Source of the DNA: Trueperaceae bacterium
GTDB lineage: Bacteria > Deinococcota > Deinococci > Deinococcales > Trueperaceae
NCBI GenBank assembly: GCA_034520945.1
Contig: JAXHNB010000006.1
Location: 256,001-320,000 of the forward strand
Direction: 5' to 3'
Length of the DNA: 64,000 nucleotides
The position numbers and the translations under genes are program-made. Shown one piece after another: positions 7,950 through 16,983 of this stretch. The notes beneath the pieces were generated by a model. That model searched no databases, was not told the origin of the DNA, and worked only from the letters and a program-made list of their open reading frames with translations. The stretch's first letter is position 1; each line of letters begins with the position of its first letter.

Positions 7950-9689
7950 TCAGTCGCGCACGTCCTGCTTGGCGAGGAAGCGCCGGAGGCGCGGCAGGGG
8001 CCAGGTGTTGATCACGTCCTCCGCGCGCAGCCAGGCGCGCCGCGCCTGCAGCACGCCGTGTTCCGCGAGATCCAGGTCCGCGGCGGCGTGGGCGTCGGTG
8101 TTCACGGCGATCCACGCCCCCACCTGCCGCGCGCGCCGGGCCCAGACGTCGTCCAGGTCCAGGCGGGCGGGGTTGGCATTGATCTCCAGTGCGACGCCGT
8201 AGCGCTGGGCCGCGCGGGTGACGGCGTCCAGATCCAGCGCCATCCCCTCGCGCCGGCCCAGCATCCGACCCGTAGGGTGGCCCAGCACGTTGACGGCGGG
8301 GTGCGCCAACGCCCGCAGCACGCGGCGCGTCTGCTCGGCTTCGGGCAGGTCCAGGCGACCGTGCACGCTGGCGATCACCACGTCCATGCGGTCCAGCATG
8401 TCGTCGTCCATGTCCAGCGAACCGTCCGCCAGAACGTCGACCTCCATGCCGCGCAGCACCTCGAGGCCGGACGCCACGGGTTCGAGTTCGTCCAGCGCCT
8501 GCCATTGACGTTCGAGCTTGGCGCGGTCGAGCCCGCCGGTCATGGCCAGGGCGGGGCTGTGGTCGGTGACGGCCACGGCGCGCAGCCCACGATCCCCCGC
8601 GGCCTGCAGCATGGTGCCCAAGGCGTCCCGGCCGTCGCTCCAGTCGGTGTGCAGGTGGAGGTCCGAGCGCAGGTCGCCGACCTCGATCAGTTCGGGCAGC
8701 GTTCCCTCGGCGGCGGCCTCGATCTCCCCGCGGTCCTCCCGCAGCTCGGGCGGGACCCAGGCCAGGCCGAGCGCGGCGTACACCGCCGCCTCGTCGCGCG
8801 CGTCGGCCGCCGGCGCCTCACCGTCGGACGCGTGCAGGCCGTACTCGTTCAGGCTGGCGCCCATCTCGCCCGCCCGGCCGCGCAGCCGGACGTTGTGCGC
8901 CTTGCTGCCGGTGAAGTAGATCCACGCGGCGCCGAACGACGCCTCCGGCACGACGCGGAGGTCGACCTGCAGGCCGCCTACCAGCACCAGGCGGGTCTTG
9001 TCCGGGCCCGCGGCGAGAACGGTCTCCACCTCTTCGTAGTCGCGAACGTGCGCCATCACCGCCTCGGGCGCGTCGCTGACGGCCAGCAGGTCCAGGTCCC
9101 GGACCGTGTCGCGGCCGCGGCGGAAGCTGCCGCCCACCTCCACGCGTTCCGTGGCCGGCGCGTCGTGGAGCCACGCCAACAGCGGCGCCAACGCGCGGGC
9201 GGCGACGGCGCGGCGGCGCCGCGTCGCGGCCTGGCGGGCGCTGGCCACCCCGTCCAGGATCTTGGCCTGCGAGGTGGGGCCGAAGCCGGACAGGGCCGCG
9301 ATCCGCCCGTCCCGGGCGGCGCGCTCCAGCGCGTCCAGGCCGTCCACGCCGAGCTCGGCGTGGAGCCGCCGGGCGCGCTTGGGGCCGACCCCCTGCACGC
9401 GGGTCACCTCGAGCAGGCCGGTCGGCACGCGCTCGCGCAGTTCGAGCAGCGCGTCCATCTCGCCCCCTTCCAGCTTGGCGGCGATCTGGGCGGCGATGTC
9501 GTTGCCGATCCCCTTCAGCGCGCGCAGGTCCTCGCCCTGTCGGGCCATGTCGCGGAGGGGCTGCGGGTGGTCGCGAACGGTGCGGGCGGCGTTCCGGTAG
9601 GCGCGCACGCGGAACGGGTTCGCGCCCTCCAGCTCGAGCAGATCGGCGATCTCGTCGAGATCGTGGGCGATGCGTCCGTTGCTGGCCAT
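7950..9689 (-). CDS. polX: DNA polymerase X with PHP domain
   Basis: GANPFRVRAY, GSFRRGRDTVRDLDLL, QVDLR, YFTGSKAHN, HLHTDWSDG, TDH, HPTGR, TDAH. Confidence 0.96.
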   Translation of the reverse strand: MASNGRIAHDLDEIADLLELEGANPFRVRAYRNAARTVRDHPQPLRDMARQGEDLRALKGIGNDIAAQIAAKLEGGEMDALLELRERVPTGLLEVTRVQGVGPKRARRLHAELGVDGLDALERAARDGRIAALSGFGPTSQAKILDGVASARQAATRRRRAVAARALAPLLAWLHDAPATERVEVGGSFRRGRDTVRDLDLLAVSDAPEAVMAHVRDYEEVETVLAAGPDKTRLVLVGGLQVDLRVVPEASFGAAWIYFTGSKAHNVRLRGRAGEMGASLNEYGLHASDGEAPAADARDEAAVYAALGLAWVPPELREDRGEIEAAAEGTLPELIEVGDLRSDLHLHTDWSDGRDALGTMLQAAGDRGLRAVAVTDHSPALAMTGGLDRAKLERQWQALDELEPVASGLEVLRGMEVDVLADGSLDMDDDMLDRMDVVIASVHGRLDLPEAEQTRRVLRALAHPAVNVLGHPTGRMLGRREGMALDLDAVTRAAQRYGVALEINANPARLDLDDVWARRARQVGAWIAVNTDAHAAADLDLAEHGVLQARRAWLRAEDVINTWPLPRLRRFLAKQDVRD

Positions 9690-9758
9690 GACGCGAGCAT
9701 ACGGCCCGCGCCCCGCGTAGCGGCCGACGCGGCGGGGCGTCCGGGCGATACTCGGGGC

Positions 9759-10166
9759 ATGAGGCATGGCGGTCGGTCGCTTCGGGGGTGGGCGTACGCG
9801 GCGCTCGACCTGGTGCGGGGCTTGGTCGTGCTGAGCCTGTTCTGGGCGGCCGGGGCGGGGCTTGCGACGCTCCTGCCCGCGGTGCCGTTCACCGGCTCGT
9901 TGTGGGGGATGGTGCTGTTGTTCGCGGCGTTGGCCAGCGGGCGGCTGCCCGAAGCCTGGGTGGCACGGGCCGCCCGGGCGTTGGTGGGCGTGCTGGGGCT
10001 GCTGTTCGTCCCGGTCGGCGTGGGCATCGCCGCCTACGGATCGTTGGTCGTCGACAACGCGGCGGCGTTGGCGGTGGCGCTGGGTTTGGGCTCGGCGGCG
10101 ACGCTGGCGGCGACCGGGTGGGTGGTGCGCGCGTTCGAGGCGCGCCGCAGGGGCGGCCCATCATGA
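9759..10166 (+). CDS. CidA/LrgA holin-like protein
   Basis: GSLWGMVLLF, LLFVPVGVGI; precedes lrgB. Confidence 0.85.
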   Translation: MRHGGRSLRGWAYAALDLVRGLVVLSLFWAAGAGLATLLPAVPFTGSLWGMVLLFAALASGRLPEAWVARAARALVGVLGLLFVPVGVGIAAYGSLVVDNAAALAVALGLGSAATLAATGWVVRAFEARRRGGPS

Positions 10167-10849
10167 TCGCGCTGGCCGCGCTGCTCGGCACCGTGGCCGC
10201 GTACCTCCTGGCGGTGCGGATCGACCTCGCGGTGCGGCGTCCCTGGACCAACCCCGTCGGCCTGAGCGTATTGGCGTGGGTGGGGGTCGTTGCCGCCGGG
10301 GTGGTGAGCCTGGACGTCTACCAGCAGGGGACACGGCCGCTGGTGTGGGCGCTGCGGCCGGCGGTGGTGGCGTTGGGGTGGGTGATGTACCGCCAGCGTG
10401 CGGCGCTCGCGCGGTGGGGGCTCCCGCTGGTGGCGGGCGTCGGGGCCGGCAGCGTGGTCAGCCTGCTGGCCACGCCGCTTCTGGCGCGGGCGCTGGGCGC
10501 CGACGCGGTCTTGCAGCGCGCCTTGGCGCTCAAGTCGGTGACCTCGGCGGTGGGGGTGGACCTGGCCGGCCGGCTCGGCGCGGACGCGGCGTTGGCGGTG
10601 CCGTTCATCATCGTGACCGGCATCCTGGGGGCGGCGTTCGGGCCGCCGCTCCTCCGCCTGCTCGGTGTGCGCCGTCCCGAGACGCTCGGCGTGGCGTTGG
10701 GCACCAACAGCCACGGCATCGGCACCGCCGCCGTCGCGGCGACGGGGCACGAGCGCGCGGTGGCGCTGTCGGGCCTGGCGATGGGCCTTGCGGCGGTGGG
10801 TACGGCACTCCTGGCGCCATGGGCGTTCGCGCTGTTGGGGTTGGGCTGA
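10163..10849 (+). CDS. LrgB/CidB family membrane protein
   Basis: LRPAVVALG, KSVTSAV, GVALGTNSHGIGT. Confidence 0.92.
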   Translation: MIALAALLGTVAAYLLAVRIDLAVRRPWTNPVGLSVLAWVGVVAAGVVSLDVYQQGTRPLVWALRPAVVALGWVMYRQRAALARWGLPLVAGVGAGSVVSLLATPLLARALGADAVLQRALALKSVTSAVGVDLAGRLGADAALAVPFIIVTGILGAAFGPPLLRLLGVRRPETLGVALGTNSHGIGTAAVAATGHERAVALSGLAMGLAAVGTALLAPWAFALLGLG

Positions 10850-10856
10850 CGCTGGG

Positions 10857-11282
10857 TCAGTCCGAGTCGCCGGGCACGTCGCCGGCGTCCCGCAACAACC
10901 GGGCGGCCTGGGCGCGCAGCTCCTCGCGGCGCGTATGGGCGGCGCGTTCGCGGTCGCGCGCGCGCTCGTCGCGCCGCGCCTCGCGCATCAGGTAGTGGCG
11001 CGACACCGGCAGCGTCGGCGCCTCGAACGTCATGGGCGGGGGCGTCAGGTCGCAGCGCGCGTCCAGCTCCTGCTTCAAGAGGGTGCGGAAGCCCAGCGCG
11101 TGGCCGGGCTCGTCGACGCGTTCGCGGGCGCGGGCCATCAGCGCCTCCAGTTCGTCCATTGCCAGGTCGGCCCAGGCGGCCCGTTCGGGGGCTTCGTTCA
11201 GCAGCGTCTCGTACAGCGGGCCGAAGGCGGCCCGTAGCCGACGGGGGACCTCCCCAGGGGTGCGCGGAGCAGGACGAACCAC
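10857..11282 (-). CDS. Hypothetical protein
   Basis: Fills the gap between genes; TATGCT-N6-GTG leaderless start; no recognised family. Confidence 0.6.
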   Translation of the reverse strand: MVRPAPRTPGEVPRRLRAAFGPLYETLLNEAPERAAWADLAMDELEALMARARERVDEPGHALGFRTLLKQELDARCDLTPPPMTFEAPTLPVSRHYLMREARRDERARDRERAAHTRREELRAQAARLLRDAGDVPGDSD

Positions 11283-11321
11283 GCCTTCAGCATACCGCCG
11301 CGCCCGTGCGCGTCCGGGCGC

Positions 11322-12359
11322 TCACGCCAGCAAGACCAAGGCGAAGCCGCTGGTCAGTGCGGCGGCGAAGGCCAGGACGAGGTACCACGCGAACACGCTG
11401 CGCCGGACCAGGGGCAGCACGGCCATCGCGGCCGGGATGCTGGTGGCGCCGCCGGCCACCATGAACGCCAGGCCCGCGCCGGCCGGGAGGCCCAACTCCA
11501 TCAGCCCCGCCACGGTCGGGATGGCGGCGTAGCCGTTCAGGTAGGCGGGCACGCCCAGCACCGCCGCGGCGGGCACCGAGGCCCAGCCCGCGCCGAGGGT
11601 CGCGCCGATGGCGTCGGCCGGGATCCAGGCCAGCATCAGGCTCTCCAGCAAGAACGCCAGGGCGAGCCACACCAACAGGTAGCCCCCCACCTCACCCGCG
11701 GCGCGCACGAACGCCGCCCGGCGCGCAGGCTCCCGCCAGAAACGCCCCACGGTCTCGCCCGACAGGGCGGCGTCGCAGGCGCACTGGATGCGCCGCAGCG
11801 GGTTGGCGAATACGTGGCTGCGTTGCAGCGCCCAGGTGGCGTAGCCGGCCAGGAGGCCGGTCCCGATCGCCGCGGCCAGGCGTGCCAGCGCGAAGGTCGT
11901 GCCGAGTTCGCCCAGGGTGAGGACGAACATCTCGGGATCCATCAGCGGCGACGCCAGCCAGAAGGCCATCACGCCCGGCAGGGGCGTGCCTGCTGCCAGC
12001 AGCGCTGCGACGACCGGCACCACACCGCAGGAGCAGAAGGGACTGATCGCCCCGAACAGGGCGGCGACCGGCACCACGACGGCCAGCCGCCCGGCGAAGG
12101 CGCGGGCTGCCAGGCGGTCCAGGCCGCTGGCGCGGCTCCAGGCGGCGAACACGACCGACACGGCGAGAAAGGGGGCCAGCCGCAGCAGGCTCTCGGCGGT
12201 GAACGCGAGGCTGCGCGCCGCCTGGTCCGGCGCCGTCGCGCTCAGGAGGGCCAGCGTGAGCGGGATGGCCCACAGCGCCTTGTCGGCGCGACGGACGGCC
12301 TGGGCGGCCGTGGTCGCGGCGCGGCGAAGGGCGGGGGGTACGGGCGCGGCGTCGAGCAT
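11322..12359 (-). CDS. ArsP/DUF318-type permease
   Basis: SPFCSCGVVP, FWLASPLMDP, GVPAYLNG, AGGATSIP. Confidence 0.88.
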   Translation of the reverse strand: MLDAAPVPPALRRAATTAAQAVRRADKALWAIPLTLALLSATAPDQAARSLAFTAESLLRLAPFLAVSVVFAAWSRASGLDRLAARAFAGRLAVVVPVAALFGAISPFCSCGVVPVVAALLAAGTPLPGVMAFWLASPLMDPEMFVLTLGELGTTFALARLAAAIGTGLLAGYATWALQRSHVFANPLRRIQCACDAALSGETVGRFWREPARRAAFVRAAGEVGGYLLVWLALAFLLESLMLAWIPADAIGATLGAGWASVPAAAVLGVPAYLNGYAAIPTVAGLMELGLPAGAGLAFMVAGGATSIPAAMAVLPLVRRSVFAWYLVLAFAAALTSGFALVLLA

Positions 12360-12375
12360 CGGCGACCTCCTGTGT

Positions 12376-12399
12376 CACTAGATAACTAGAGATGTAGGT
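12376..12399. promoter_or_regulatory. Degenerate ArsR operator upstream of the permease
   Basis: aactagagatgtaggt (12384-12399) matches the 12809 palindrome at 13/16; an overlapping half-copy cactagat lies next to it. Confidence 0.6.
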
Positions 12400-12452
12400 A
12401 GTTTAGGCCAAATCGAAGCGGCGCGACCTCGGGACGCGCCGCGTGTCGGTCC

Positions 12453-12773
12453 TCAGGCAGCGTCGTGGGAGGCGGCGGTCGCCCGTTCGTCGGCGCAACA
12501 CTCCGCGGTCAGGTAGCCCACCAGGGCATCCATGGTCTCGTAGCGTGCGTGGCAGACGACGGTGGCGCCGCGCTTCTCCTGGCCCACCAGTCCGGCGGCG
12601 ACGAGCTTGTTCAGGTGGTGCGACAGGGTCGAGCGCGGCACGCCCCCAAGCGAGCGTTGTAGCTCGTTGATGGAGGACCCCGTGCGGCCGGCCCGCATCA
12701 ACTCCCGGTAGGCACCCAGTCGGAACGGGTGTCCGAGTGCTTGCATGGCGTCGACGGCGTCCGAGCTCTTCAT
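12453..12773 (-). CDS. arsR: ArsR/SmtB regulator with C-terminal CC
   Basis: ALGHPFRL, STLSHHLNKLVAAGLV, YLTAECC. Confidence 0.88.
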   Translation of the reverse strand: MKSSDAVDAMQALGHPFRLGAYRELMRAGRTGSSINELQRSLGGVPRSTLSHHLNKLVAAGLVGQEKRGATVVCHARYETMDALVGYLTAECCADERATAASHDAA

Positions 12774-12808
12774 GGCGCCGAAGGTAGCACGGCCCCGTGC
12801 GGCGTGTC

Positions 12809-12824
12809 AACTAGATATCTAGTT
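12809..12824. promoter_or_regulatory. Perfect palindrome AACTAGATATCTAGTT, putative ArsR operator
   Basis: AT-rich 16-bp palindrome just upstream of the arsR -10 (TACCTT). Confidence 0.7.
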
Positions 12825-12872
12825 ATGTCGTGTCTACAGTGCCGCGCGAGGGCGTCCGCACGACGCCGTCCG

Positions 12873-13547
12873 TCACTCGTCCCATGCGGCCTCGATCGCC
12901 CGGATGGCCGGCGTCACCGGGCGGCCCAGCCCTTCGGTCCGGTGGCTTGGCACGCCGTCGCCATCGAGCACGGTGATCAGGTTCGAGTGGCTGAACATGC
13001 CGTTGCCTGCGGGGCGGTAGCGCACGCCGAGAAGCGCAGCCAGCGCGCGCGTGTCGTGGGGCGCGCCCACGGCGAAGCGCCAGCGTGGATCGTCGAGGTC
13101 GTTCTCACGCACGTAGCGTGCCAGGCGCGCTGGTGCATCGCGTTCCGGGTCGAAGCTGACGATCAGCACGCGGGTGTCGTCCTGCACCTCGGGGGGAAGG
13201 GCGCCGAAGGTGCGGGCGGCGTCGCGCACCAGGATGGGGCAGGCGGTCTCGCAGCTGGCGTAGATCATGGTGATCAGCACCGGATGGCCGCGAAGGTCGG
13301 CCAACTGGAACGATGCCCCGTGCGAATCGGTCCAGGTCGCGTCCAGGTGGTACAGCGACGTGCCGGGAAGGCTGGAGGTGGCGGGCGGCGAACCGGGCCG
13401 GTTCACGTGGACCGCGCCGGTAGGGTCGGGGCCCGGTTCCGCCCTCGGGGCGTCGCCGTAGCCCGTGGCCAGCGTCAGCAGCACCGCCGTGGCCAGGGCG
13501 AGCTTGGGGGGAAACCGGCGGAACGTGCGGCGAACGAGGAGAAGCAT
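12873..13547 (-). CDS. SCO family copper chaperone
   Basis: YASCETACP, SFDPERD, FSHSN. Confidence 0.92.
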   Translation of the reverse strand: MLLLVRRTFRRFPPKLALATAVLLTLATGYGDAPRAEPGPDPTGAVHVNRPGSPPATSSLPGTSLYHLDATWTDSHGASFQLADLRGHPVLITMIYASCETACPILVRDAARTFGALPPEVQDDTRVLIVSFDPERDAPARLARYVRENDLDDPRWRFAVGAPHDTRALAALLGVRYRPAGNGMFSHSNLITVLDGDGVPSHRTEGLGRPVTPAIRAIEAAWDE

Positions 13548-13561
13548 GACTGACCTCCGAG

Positions 13562-14386
13562 TCAGCGTGCGCAGCGGAAGCCGAGGGCGGCGGCGGCCGA
13601 GGCAGGAGAGAGGCTGGTGCGCATGGCGTAGCGCATGAAGGCGGGGTAGTCGGTGCGGTCGCGCGCGCCAATGCTGGCACCGCCGCACACGCGGGCCACG
13701 TCGACATCTCCTGCGTTGCGGCTGTCGGCCTGGGTGATCGAGGCCCAGGGATCCTCGACCCATTCCCACACGCCCTCGTGCAGGTCCTGGATTCCGAACG
13801 CGTTGGGCAGCCCGTGGCCGACCGGCACGGGGTCGCTGCTCCGGGAGGCGTAGATCGCCATCAGCTCGGTCGTGCGCGTGCGATCCCCGCTGGCGTCGGT
13901 GCGGGTGTGGTCGGCGCGGGCCGCGACCTCCCATTCGTCTTCGCTCGGGAGTCGCAGGCCGGCGGCGTCGCAGTACGCCGCGGCGGCGAACCAGGAGACA
14001 TAGCTGACCGGCGCGTCGGGATGGGCGTCGCCGAGGTCGTGCGGCCCCGCCCAGTGCGCCAGGTACGCCGGGTTGGCGAACACCTCCGGCGGAGCGCCCT
14101 TGGCCCATTCGGGGTGCGTGCGGACGAAGGCGAGGTAGTCCGCGTTCGTGACCGGCAGCACCTGCATCTCGAAGGCGGGCACCGCGTGCGCGCCCTCGCC
14201 CGCCACCGGATAGAACGGCGCCAGTCGTGTCGCGGGTACCGTCGCCAGCGCGGGGTCGGCGCGGTCGGCGCCGTCTTCGGCCAGCGCGCAGGCCGCGGCC
14301 GCCCAAACGAGCGCGAGCAGGGCGGCACGAACCGCGCGCCGCGCGGGACGTCGAAGCGGGGTGGGGCGGGCGATCGGACCGGGCAT
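13562..14386 (-). CDS. Formylglycine-generating-enzyme family protein (NirV-like)
   Basis: PVTNADY, PVSYVSWFAAAAYC, RLPSEDEWE, VWEWV, LGFRC; GAGGAG RBS. Confidence 0.88.
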   Translation of the reverse strand: MPGPIARPTPLRRPARRAVRAALLALVWAAAACALAEDGADRADPALATVPATRLAPFYPVAGEGAHAVPAFEMQVLPVTNADYLAFVRTHPEWAKGAPPEVFANPAYLAHWAGPHDLGDAHPDAPVSYVSWFAAAAYCDAAGLRLPSEDEWEVAARADHTRTDASGDRTRTTELMAIYASRSSDPVPVGHGLPNAFGIQDLHEGVWEWVEDPWASITQADSRNAGDVDVARVCGGASIGARDRTDYPAFMRYAMRTSLSPASAAAALGFRCAR

Positions 14387-14469
14387 GGGGACACTCCTCA
14401 TCGGGGCGGGGTGGGACCGTTGGCGGCCCGGACCTGGGAAGGGCCGGGCCATTGGGCTACGCTCCGGGG

Positions 14470-15696
14470 TCAGTTCGGCAGGTCGGGGGCGTCGGCCGGG
14501 TCGAAGGGGCGTTCGAACTGTCGCTCGGTGAACAGTTCGTGGTTCTCTTCGCCGTTCACCACGATCTGCCCCAGCGTGCCCTTGTGGAAGGTACGGAAGA
14601 TGCTGTGGTCGACCAGGTTGAGGGTGGAGGGGACCTCGACGCCGAACTCGACCATGACCGAGCCGCCCGCCGGGATCAGCGTCGTCTGCACGTTCTCGTT
14701 GACCTGCGAGCCGCCTTCCACGTAGACGCGGTCGAAGATCTCGCCGATCACGTGGAAGCTGGAGGCCAGGTTGGGGCCGCCGTTGCCGACGAACATGCGG
14801 ATCGTCTCGCCGACCTCGGCACGGAGGGCGTTATCGCCGGCGATGGCGCCCACGCTGCCGTTGAACACCACGTAGGACGGGTCCTCGTCGATCGCGCGTT
14901 CCATGTCGAACGGCTGGTGCCCCTTCTCGCCGTAGTCGCCGGGGGTGTAGAAGTCGCCCTGCACCACGTAGAACTCGCGGTCGACCTCGGGCCAACCGCC
15001 CTCCGGCTCGACGACGATCAGGCCGTACATGCCGTTGCCGATGTGCATCCCCACCGGCGCCGTGGCGCAGTGGTAGATGTACACGCCGGGATTCAGCGCC
15101 CGGAAGGTGACGCCGGTCTCGTGTCCCGGCATGGTCAGGGTGGCTTCGGCGCCGCCGCCGGTACCGGTGACGGCGTGAAGGTCGATGTTGTGCGGCATGG
15201 TGCTGTCGTGCGCGTTCTTCATGGTCAGGCGAACCGCATCGCCCTCGCGGACCCGAATCATCGGCCCCGGCACGCTGCCGTTGAAGGTCCAGAAGGTGTA
15301 GTCCACGCCATCCGCCATGCGCATGGTCTCTTCGGTGGTGATCAGCTCGACGTCGACCAGGGCGGGGTAATCGCGGTCGACGGGCGGTGCGGCCGCGGGG
15401 GCGTACCCGAGCTCGGCCTCGACGACGGGAAGCTCGTCCACCGCGGTCAGGGCCATGGGGTCGAAAGCTTCGAGGGGCAGCGTCAGGTCGTGTCCCGTGG
15501 CGTCCGCCTCGGCGGACGGGGGTTGGGTGTCGGTGGAGGGGGCGGTGGACTCGGCGTGGGCGACGCCGCCGGGGGTGCCCGTGAGCGCAGCGGTCAGGCC
15601 GAGGGCGCCCAGCACGGCGATGACCATCGCGGCGACGATCCAGACGCTGGAGGGCAGATGGCTGGCGGTGGGGCGGGGATCATTGGGGTCGGACAT
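14470..15696 (-). CDS. nirK: Copper-containing nitrite reductase
   Basis: [45 protein letters not shown]-terminal TM/signal segment. Confidence 0.95.
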   Translation of the reverse strand: MSDPNDPRPTASHLPSSVWIVAAMVIAVLGALGLTAALTGTPGGVAHAESTAPSTDTQPPSAEADATGHDLTLPLEAFDPMALTAVDELPVVEAELGYAPAAAPPVDRDYPALVDVELITTEETMRMADGVDYTFWTFNGSVPGPMIRVREGDAVRLTMKNAHDSTMPHNIDLHAVTGTGGGAEATLTMPGHETGVTFRALNPGVYIYHCATAPVGMHIGNGMYGLIVVEPEGGWPEVDREFYVVQGDFYTPGDYGEKGHQPFDMERAIDEDPSYVVFNGSVGAIAGDNALRAEVGETIRMFVGNGGPNLASSFHVIGEIFDRVYVEGGSQVNENVQTTLIPAGGSVMVEFGVEVPSTLNLVDHSIFRTFHKGTLGQIVVNGEENHELFTERQFERPFDPADAPDLPN

Positions 15697-15842
15697 GGGG
15701 TTCTCCCTTCGAGGATCGGTGGGGTCCGATCGCGATGGAGGGAGACTAACTAGGATGTATACCTCCAAGTAGGGACGCACGTCCCCATCTTGAGCCGCAT
15801 GGACGCGCGCGCCCGCTTGGACCCGCGCGGTACCCTTCGGCC

Positions 15843-16976
15843 ATGGAGGATCCCACCGCACTCCTGGCCGACCTCGTCCGCATCGATTCGGTCAATCCGG
15901 GCCTGGAGCCGGGACGGCCCGGCGAGGCCGCCATCGCCCGCTACGTCCGCGACTGGGCCGAAGCGCGCGGCCTGCAGACGCGGTGGATCGAGCCCGCCCG
16001 CGGACGGCCCGGCGTGATCGTGCGCGCGCCGGGGCGGGGCGGAGGCCGCACGCTGATGTGGAACGCGCACCTCGACACCGTCGGCGTGGCCGGCATGGAG
16101 GCGCCGTTCGAGCCCGCCGTTCGCGACGGACGCATGTACGGACGGGGCACCATGGACATGAAGGCCAGCCTGGCGGCCGCGCTGAGCGCGTTGCAGGCCG
16201 TCGCCCCGCTCGGCCTCGCCGGGGACGTGGTGCTGACCGCCGTGCCCGACGAGGAGGAGGGCAGCGTCGGCACCATGGCGGTCGCGCGCGAGGTGTCCGC
16301 CGACGCCGCCATGGTGCTGGAGCCGACCGACCTCGACCTGCACGTCGCCCATCGTGGCTTCACCATCGCCGAGGTGACGTTGTACGGCAAGGCGTCGCAC
16401 ACCTCGCGGCCACACGAGGGGGTGAACGCCGTCACGCACCTCGGTCGCCTGCTGGCCGCGGTCGAAGCGCACGACGCCGCCCTCCGGCGCGCCGAACCGC
16501 ACCCCCTGCTCGGGCACGGCGCGCTGCAGGCGGTCGCCGCCGAAGGGGGCCGCGAGTTGTTCACCACGCCGGATCGTGCGCGCGCGGTATTGGAGCGACG
16601 GACCCTGCCCCGTGAACGCCCCGCGGCGGTGCGAGAGGAGGTGCTGGCGTTGCTGGGGGAGCTGCGCCACGCGGACGGCGCCGTGCAGGCGGAGGCGACC
16701 TTCCCCCTGGAACGCGCCGCGTTCGAGACGCCAGCGGAAACCGACATCGTGGAGATGCTGGCCGCCGCCTGCGAACGCGTCACCGGACGGACGCCCGCGC
16801 GGCGCGGCGCGCCCTACTGGACCGACGCCGCCCTCCTCGGCGAGGCCGGCGTGCCGGCGGTGCTGTTCGGGCCCGTCGGCGGCGGCATCCACCAACCCGG
16901 CGAATGGGTCGACCTGGCCTCGGTGGACACGCTCCGCCGCGTCCTCGAGGAGAGCGCGCGGGCGTACTGCGGGTAG
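15843..16976 (+). CDS. M20 peptidase (ArgE/DapE-like)
   Basis: [32 protein letters not shown]. Confidence 0.92.
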   Translation: MEDPTALLADLVRIDSVNPGLEPGRPGEAAIARYVRDWAEARGLQTRWIEPARGRPGVIVRAPGRGGGRTLMWNAHLDTVGVAGMEAPFEPAVRDGRMYGRGTMDMKASLAAALSALQAVAPLGLAGDVVLTAVPDEEEGSVGTMAVAREVSADAAMVLEPTDLDLHVAHRGFTIAEVTLYGKASHTSRPHEGVNAVTHLGRLLAAVEAHDAALRRAEPHPLLGHGALQAVAAEGGRELFTTPDRARAVLERRTLPRERPAAVREEVLALLGELRHADGAVQAEATFPLERAAFETPAETDIVEMLAAACERVTGRTPARRGAPYWTDAALLGEAGVPAVLFGPVGGGIHQPGEWVDLASVDTLRRVLEESARAYCG

Positions 16977-16983
16977 GCGGCGC

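Noticed and set aside
9759..10849. Prophage lysis cassette
   Set aside because: Ordinary CidA/LrgB pair with no phage genes nearby.
15745..15805. NsrR/FNR sites upstream of nirK
   Set aside because: Only half-sites (GATGTAT; TTGAG); no convincing palindrome.
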